The position numbers were made by a program, and so were the translations under genes. A stretch of 35,509 nucleotides of DNA from Methanotrichaceae archaeon (GTDB lineage Archaea > Halobacteriota > Methanosarcinia > Methanotrichales > Methanotrichaceae), in assembly GCA_963813075.1 (NCBI GenBank), contig CAWEXU010000018.1, positions 1 to 35,509 of the forward strand, written 5' to 3'. The notes under the pieces are model-generated. The model made no database searches and was not told the DNA's origin. It worked only from the letters and a program-made list of their open reading frames with translations. The first letter of the stretch is position 1, and every line of letters begins with the position of its first letter. Positions 29,133-35,509 of this stretch are shown here, piece after piece.

Positions 29133-30610
29133 ATGGAAAATAATGACAAGATAGCGGAGATCAGGCATGATCACCGTCAATTGCCTGATATTTTATATGC
29201 CGTCTTTAAGATTATTTTCTCCTTGATATCGCTGAAATTTTTTTGCACCTCTGCAGTGGGACGGGAAGAGACGACCGGCTACTGGATTAATAGAGCAGAA
29301 GAGCTCATGCACAACGATTCTATCGATGAAGCCATTTCTGCATGCGGCATGGCTCAAAAAAAGAACCGTGGAACGATTCAATTCTCGTTCGCAAAGCCAT
29401 GTATCTTAACATCATTGGCATGGTGAATGAATCGGCAAAGACATATGAGAAAGCGCTGACCCTGCTGGATGAAAAGCTAAAAAAGAATGCAGGAGATGCT
29501 GAGGCCTGGCAATGGAAGGCCATAGTTCTAGGCAGCCTGAACAGAGAGGATGAGTCCGACCAGGCATATGAAAAGGCCCTGGAGATCTTCGACCAGAGAA
29601 TAGAGAATGACTCGCGGGATGCCGACTCCTGGATAGGCAGAGCAGATGTGCTGCTCAACCTCGGCCGGTGGGATGAGGCCCGTGAGTCATATAATAGAGT
29701 CACGGAGCTCAAACCTCTGGATTACAGCGTCTGGTGGAGGAAAGCAGAAGTCATTAGCGGCATAGGAGATATCAACGAGTCCGTGGAGGCCTACGATAAG
29801 GCCATCAGCCTGATACCAGCCTACGATGCAGCGGAGCGGGCACTGGCTTATGCTGCAAAGGCAGAAGACCTGGCATTTGCCGAACGATGGGAAGAGGCAC
29901 TGGAGGCGGTTGATAAATCTCTGGAGCTGAATCCTAAAAGCAGCGTGTGGTGGCATTTCAAGGCTTCTACTCTAATGGAGATTGGCAGGAATGATGAAGC
30001 GCTGGCAGCCTTCGACGAGGCCCTCAGGCAGAGTCCCCAAGATGCCCATAGCTGGCTGCGGAAGGCTGGCCTGCTCGTGGAGATGAAGTGCCATAACGAA
30101 TCCATCAAAGCCTACGACAGAACCCTTGAGCTGATTGCAGAAAGCAACACCAAAGAGCTGGCTGGGATCTGGCTGGTCAAAGGAACGGCACTGAACAAGA
30201 TCGGCAGGCGAAAAGAGGCAAAAGAGGCCTTCCAGATGTCGCTGGAGCTTCACGTTAAAGCCATCTTGGAGGACCCCGGCGACCTCAGCCTGAAGAGGAT
30301 GAAAGGCCTGACGCTCTATAACCTGGGCAGATACGAGGAGTCCTTGGAGGTTTATGATCAAGTACTCGAGGCCTCTCCCAGAATAGAGCCCTACGTTATC
30401 GACGTTTCTGCATTGGAGGGCAAGGGCGATGCTCTCAGGGCATTGAACAGAAACCAGGAGGCTCTGGAGGCTTACAATGAGGCAATAGCGCTGGCTCCCA
30501 GTTCTAGCGCCGCATGGCACGGAAAAGGTGAGGCCGAGAGGGCATTGGGACAGGTTGGCAATGCCTGCATGTCGCTTTTGACGGCGGATAAACTGGGGTA
30601 TGAAAAGTGA
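29133..30610 (+). CDS. Secreted TPR-repeat protein (paralog of the next gene); frameshift in A7 run at ~29356-29362
   Basis: ORF 29106-29426 gives the N-terminus ('EETTGYWINRAEE'), and 29342-30610 gives TPR motifs (W..KG..L..LGR.EEA...YD.A) ending ADKLGYEK. Confidence 0.8.
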
Positions 30611-30653
30611 GCCCCACTAATTTTTTTTGTGAAAAGGGGATGTGGTGAGAGAA

Positions 30654-32123
30654 ATGAACGGAAATAAAAGAATATCTAAAAAATTGGGAGCAAAGCTCGC
30701 TCTCACTCTGCTGGCACTGGCAATTATATGCATCACTGCAGAGGCGCAGGAAAACACTGCAGAATACTGGATTGACAGAGCAGATGAATATATGAACAAC
30801 GGCTCAATCGAGGGGGCTGTTTCCGCCTATGATGAGGCCCTGAAGATAGATCCCGATAACACAACCATACTGATTCACAAGGCGTTAGAGCTGAGTGTTT
30901 TAGGCAGAGTGAACGAGTCCTCTGAGACCTACGAGAGAGCGCTCTCCCTTTTGGATGAAAACCTGTTGAAGGACCCTAATGATGCAAAGGCCTGGCAGTG
31001 GAAGGCTACTGTCTTGGGAAGCATGAAGAGACAAAATGAGTCCCTTGCAGCTTATGAAAAAACTCTGGAGGCATTCAACAGGCGCATTGAGACCGACTCA
31101 AAAGATGCCGATGCCTGGGTCGGCAAGGGCAATTCCCTGATGAACCTGGGGAAATGGGAGGAGGCGCAGGATGCCTACAACAGGGCCATAGAGATCGATC
31201 CTCAGGATTACCACACATGGGGAAGGAAAGCGGAAGTCATAGGCAGAATAGGTGATCTCAACGAATCGGTGGAGGCCTACGACAGAACTATCGAGCTGAT
31301 ACCCTCCGGCAATACTCAGGAGCTGTCAGGTTACTGGATGTCCAAAGCCGAAGTACTGGCAATCCGAGGCCTGAGCGATGATGGCCCGAGAACAGATCTG
31401 CTGGAAGAGGCCCTGACCGCCATCAACCATTCCCTGGAGCTGGACCCCAAGAGCAGCTCAAAGTGGCACTTCAAAGCCACCATCCTATCGGAACTGGACA
31501 GGAAAGATGAGGCGGTAGAAGCATTTGATGAAGGACTAAGGCTGAACCCCGAAAATGCTGACAATTGGCTGTGGAAGGCCAATCTCCTTGTGGAGATGAA
31601 GAGGTACAACGAATCCCAGGAGGCTTATGATAAAGCCATCGAGCTGATTGCAGAGAACAATAGCGAAGATCTGGCGCTCGACTGGCTCTCCAAAGGATGG
31701 GCGCTTAATAAGACCGGCAGAACAGATGAGGCCAAAGCGGCATTCCAGAAGTCCCTGGAGTTTTACGAAACGGCCATTTCAGGGAATACAGGAAATATCC
31801 GTCTGCTGCAACAGAAGGGCCTGGTTCTATTCGAACTGGGCAGATATGATGAGGCTATCGAAGCTTATGACCAGGTTCTCAAGAACTCCCTGAGCCTCGA
31901 GTTTGATACAACAGCTGTTAGCGCATGGATAGGCAAGGGCGATTCGCTGCGCTTGCAGGGCAAAAACGAGGAGGCTCTTGAGGCCTACAATAAAGCCATA
32001 GATTTAGGGCCCCATTATAGCAATGCCTGGCACGGCAGGGGAGAGGCGCAGAAGGCCATGGGGCAGGTTGGTAACGCCGGCATGTCGTTTTTGGTGGCGG
32101 ATAAGCTGGGGTATGAGGAGTGA
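30654..32123 (+). CDS. Secreted TPR-repeat protein
   Basis: Signal peptide (KKLGAKLALTLLALAIICITAEA|QENTAEYW), many TPR motifs, C-terminal ADKLGYEE. Confidence 0.92.
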   Translation: MNGNKRISKKLGAKLALTLLALAIICITAEAQENTAEYWIDRADEYMNNGSIEGAVSAYDEALKIDPDNTTILIHKALELSVLGRVNESSETYERALSLLDENLLKDPNDAKAWQWKATVLGSMKRQNESLAAYEKTLEAFNRRIETDSKDADAWVGKGNSLMNLGKWEEAQDAYNRAIEIDPQDYHTWGRKAEVIGRIGDLNESVEAYDRTIELIPSGNTQELSGYWMSKAEVLAIRGLSDDGPRTDLLEEALTAINHSLELDPKSSSKWHFKATILSELDRKDEAVEAFDEGLRLNPENADNWLWKANLLVEMKRYNESQEAYDKAIELIAENNSEDLALDWLSKGWALNKTGRTDEAKAAFQKSLEFYETAISGNTGNIRLLQQKGLVLFELGRYDEAIEAYDQVLKNSLSLEFDTTAVSAWIGKGDSLRLQGKNEEALEAYNKAIDLGPHYSNAWHGRGEAQKAMGQVGNAGMSFLVADKLGYEE

Positions 32124-32767
32124 CCTCCGTCAATCTTTTTTCACGCATGAGATTGGCGAATAGCGGTGGCTGTTTATTTGCAGCCTTGCTGGCATTCCTC
32201 TTTGTCGCAGCAGCTGCGGCTTCTGAGGATCTTTCCGGTCGCTGGAAGATCAGCTATGTTGTTCAGAGCGGCGGCCCTGACGAAGAGTTCGCTGAAGGCA
32301 GCGTGGTCTCCCTGAGCGAGAAGGACTCGACTCTGCAGGGCAGGGCAACCCTTGGCAGCCGCGGCGACGGCTTCCTGATAGGATCCCGACAGGGTAGCGA
32401 TGTTCAGGCGGCCATCACCTTCCGCAGTAATCCTGCCCTGTTCCTTCGGCTGTCGGGCAGCCAAGGCGATGATGGGCTGCAGGGCAGCTTCACCGCCTCC
32501 GGCGGGGGAAGCTTCTGGCAAGGGAAGTTCGCTGCCACCCAAATGACTACGGCCGCCGGAGAGGTCATCGGCACAGAAGTTATATTTGCGAATTTCACCC
32601 CCCTGGACGAGGACCTCATGCCCAAGCCAACCCTGTACCTGGACCCTGAGGCAAACTGGAGCGCACAGCAGGATAGCGGTGTTAGGGAGACTTTCGTCAT
32701 CAGGTATCAAAGAAACACCATCCTCATGTGCAGAAAGAAGCCATTGATATGGGATTGGTGGCTGTAA
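32120..32767 (+). CDS. Hypothetical secreted protein with a Gly-rich beta-barrel-like domain and Trp-rich C-terminus
   Basis: GTGA overlap with the upstream stop. Signal peptide LFAALLAFLFVAAAAA, then 'DLSGRWKISY' followed by alternating beta strands; ends LIWDWWL. Confidence 0.7.
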   Translation: MTSVNLFSRMRLANSGGCLFAALLAFLFVAAAAASEDLSGRWKISYVVQSGGPDEEFAEGSVVSLSEKDSTLQGRATLGSRGDGFLIGSRQGSDVQAAITFRSNPALFLRLSGSQGDDGLQGSFTASGGGSFWQGKFAATQMTTAAGEVIGTEVIFANFTPLDEDLMPKPTLYLDPEANWSAQQDSGVRETFVIRYQRNTILMCRKKPLIWDWWL

Positions 32768-32851
32768 GACTCTGGTTGAGAGATCCACAATATCATCATG
32801 GACAGGGATATAAATAGAGGCGCAATTAATTTTTCATGTGAGGGGGATAAG

Positions 32852-33718
32852 ATGATGAAAGCGATTTTAGCTCTGGCCTTTGTAGCCCTGGCAGCACTAT
32901 GTGCTTCCTCTAGTTCTCAGGAAGATATGGCGAAGGAAGACACAGCCGGTTATTGGCTGAACAAGGGCAACGAGTCGCGTGAAATGGCGATAAATGAAAC
33001 GCAAAATCAGACTGCCCGAGAGATATTTCTTCAGGAAGCCCACGAGGCCTATGATAATGCCATAGAGATCGATCCTCAATCGGCATCGGCCTGGTTTAAG
33101 AAGGGAGAGCTTCAGATCGATTTCCTCGGCAATTATGAGGAAGCCCTTAATGCTTTCAATAAATCCACAGAGATCAATCCGCAATTTGCCGACGCCTGGT
33201 ATCAGAAAGGCAAAACCCTGACTGGCTTTGGATATTTTGAAGAAGCCCTGGAATCCTATAATAAATCTCTTGAGATAAATCCAAACTCATCCGATGCCTG
33301 GTACTGGAAAGCAGGCGTTCTGGCCGAACTGAGCAGGCACGAAGAGGCAGTCCCTGCCTACGATAAGGCCATTGAGCTCGATCCCACTCAAGCATCATAC
33401 TGGCTGGACAGAGGCGGCGCTCTCAACAGACTCAATCGCACTGAAGGGGCTAACGCTTCTTTCACAAGAGCAGTTGAGCTCTACGACGAGGCCATCGAGC
33501 AAAATCCCAAGAGTATAATGGCCTGGCAGGGCAAAGGCACGGCCTTTTACCACCTGGGAAGGCTCAATGAGTCGATACAGTGCTTCGACAAGGTCATAGA
33601 GCTGGCTCCCATGTACTATAGGTCCTACTACTATAAGGGAAAGGCACTGCAGGATTTGGGCCGTGAGGTCGAGGCAGAGGAACTCTTCGCCAGGTCCAAG
33701 GAGCTGGGCGGCATATAA
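32852..33718 (+). CDS. Secreted TPR-repeat protein
   Basis: Signal peptide MMKAILALAFVALAALCASS, then 'EDTAGYWLNKG' and TPR motifs; ends KELGGI. Confidence 0.9.
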   Translation: MMKAILALAFVALAALCASSSSQEDMAKEDTAGYWLNKGNESREMAINETQNQTAREIFLQEAHEAYDNAIEIDPQSASAWFKKGELQIDFLGNYEEALNAFNKSTEINPQFADAWYQKGKTLTGFGYFEEALESYNKSLEINPNSSDAWYWKAGVLAELSRHEEAVPAYDKAIELDPTQASYWLDRGGALNRLNRTEGANASFTRAVELYDEAIEQNPKSIMAWQGKGTAFYHLGRLNESIQCFDKVIELAPMYYRSYYYKGKALQDLGREVEAEELFARSKELGGI

Positions 33719-34116
33719 GCCCATCTTTTACTTTTTGCATCGATGATGGGCAGAGATTTGATCCTATGGCAATGACGCACACTCAATGCCGCCAGTATTC
33801 TTGTCCCAGTCATAGCTCCTTAAACGTCGTAGTACCCAATAACATGGATTTTTTAGCTTTGCTAATGGCTCAGGAGATGTCTTTCATCAAAAAGGAACCT
33901 TCATGAACATCTGAACGCTCCATCTCTCAAGATTTTCTCCCATGTTCATCGTTCATTCAATCAATCATTTATCTACAGTTCACGCCCAGTAGAGGTTGGC
34001 AGGCATTTCGAACGAGAGATGTCCGCATAAATGAAGAAGTCGAAGGAATAGAGCAGAAAGGAGAGTTTGGGAATGCATGAAAGAGGGTGAATGATCTGAG
34101 AGCGAATGCAAAAAAG

Positions 34117-35385
34117 ATGAGGGCCTGGAGCAATTCCCCTCATCCTGGCCGTTCTCTTTGTGCTATGTCTATCAGCTGTAGCGCAGGAGAACACGGCAGA
34201 GAGCTGGTATCAAGAAGGCCAGAAGCTAATGGAAAATGAGTCCTATAGGGAGGCACTCAAAGCATACGATAAGGCCATTGAAATGGATTCCGAGAACGCT
34301 AGCATCTGGATGGGCAAAGGTGATGCTGCTCATCAGAATGGGAGATTACAATGAATCACTGAAGATTTACGAAAACGCTTGAAGATGACGGATAAAACTA
34401 CCCAAGCTAATCCCCAGGATGCCAGAAGGCTGGTTTGTGAGAGGGGAACTTCTTCAAAGGCTTTCAAAGAACGATGAGGCCATCAAAGCCTTTGACAAAG
34501 CCATAGAGGCGAATCCCAATGTATGCGGAGGCCTGGTACAGGAAAGGCGCAGCTCAGAACTTGGGGCATGGGGACTACCTGAACAAGAGAGCATCAAGAC
34601 CTTTGAAGAAGCCTTCACCGCCTTGAATAAGGCCATTGAGCTGGATCCCGGTTATGGAAAGGCCTGGAATGATATAGGCTATACTCTCTTGTCTCTCGCC
34701 AGGTTCAATGGCAGAATTTTAGCAGTACAATGAGTCGCTGGAAGCTTTCGATAGGGCAGTCGAGCTTATTTCGGCTGAGGATTCCAGGCAATTCCTAGCT
34801 CTGGCCTGGGAGGGCAAGGCACTTGCACTCGTTGGCATGAGCAATATGCTTAACGATATGGATAGGCAAGGATGAGGCCAAAGAAAGGTATGAAGAGGCA
34901 GTAAAGCATTGTGACAGGGCAATTGAACTGGACCCAAATTTCACGGGCCAGGAAGCCCGGTTAACAAAGGCTGGCATCCTCTCTGAGCTGGGCAGGTACA
35001 ATGAATCCCTTGCAGCCTACGATGAGGCCATTTCGTCCGTGCCTGCAGACCTTGTCTATAATCACGCCACAATTATGGCCGACAAGGGTAGCGTTCTTGT
35101 AAAGATGGGCGAGTACGAGGAAGCTCTCAAGACTTTTGATGGCGCCCTGCAGATAGATGCGACAAGCGTTGTAGCCTGGAAGGGCAAAGGTGATGCATTA
35201 AATGAAACGGGCAGATACGATGAAGCTGTCAACGCCTATGACAAAGCTGTTGAGCTAAGTCCAGAGATAGGTCTGCTAAAGCCTATGCCTGGCAAGGAAA
35301 AGGCAATGCACTGAAGGCCTCAGGACGCCAGGTTGAAGCGGCTGCAGCTTTTGCCAGGGCAAAGGAGCTAGGGTATAAAGCATAG
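34117..35385 (+). CDS. Secreted TPR-repeat protein, broken by several frameshifts (assembly error or pseudogene)
   Basis: Fragments 34160-34354 (SAVA|QENTAESW), 34419-34733 and 35039-35314, and a final frame AFARAKELGYKA* (stop 35383-35385). Confidence 0.75.
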
Positions 35386-35439
35386 ATCCGTAGGAATACA
35401 GATGACCGTGTTTAGCATCTCAAGAACCGGAGGGATAGG

Positions 35440-35509
35440 ATGGTATCTATGGTACTATTGAAGAAGATCCTGATGGGATCGGCTATTCTTCTATCCCTTG
35501 TCGCCGCAA
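35440..35509 (+). CDS. Start of a probable secreted protein (truncated by window end)
   Basis: ATG after GGAGG; MVSMVLLKKILMGSAILLSLVAA resembles a signal peptide. Confidence 0.4.
   Translation, partial: MVSMVLLKKILMGSAILLSLVAA

Noticed and set aside
29133..35385. Diversity-generating retroelement or tRNA-Met-integrated island explaining the TPR paralogs
   Set aside because: No reverse transcriptase, no adenine-specific TR/VR pair, and no integrase or tRNA-Met 3' duplication seen in the window.

Overview
Archaeal chromosomal window, most consistent with a Methanosarcinales methanogen such as Methanothrix/Methanosaeta. This is inferred from the archaeal PoK/PPS CoA pathway, a BHB-intron tRNA-Met and the expanded secreted TPR family. 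Left end (1-3094): the edge of an integrated element, with a complete IS630 insertion sequence, an AT-rich cargo gene, a tyrosine integrase and a degenerate tRNA-Pro(GGG)-like att remnant. Next come a COG1751-like gene, a REP-like palindromic repeat and a ~6.2 kb gene for a ~2,060-aa secreted protein (7-blade beta-propeller plus 19 tandem Ig-like domains with a conserved Cys pair). These are followed by a solo nucleotidyltransferase, an ExeM-like extracellular nuclease, a CLC-CBS protein, an fdhA + AsrA/HydB-like + AsrB/HydG-like operon, trkH, a RhuM pseudogene, an SLC13/TrkA-C permease next to arsM, the coaBC-pok-pps operon, tRNA-Met(CAT) with an intron, and an array of secreted TPR proteins. 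Many genes, including essential ones, carry single-base (mostly +1) frameshifts, so most 'split' ORFs are probably assembly errors rather than pseudogenes.
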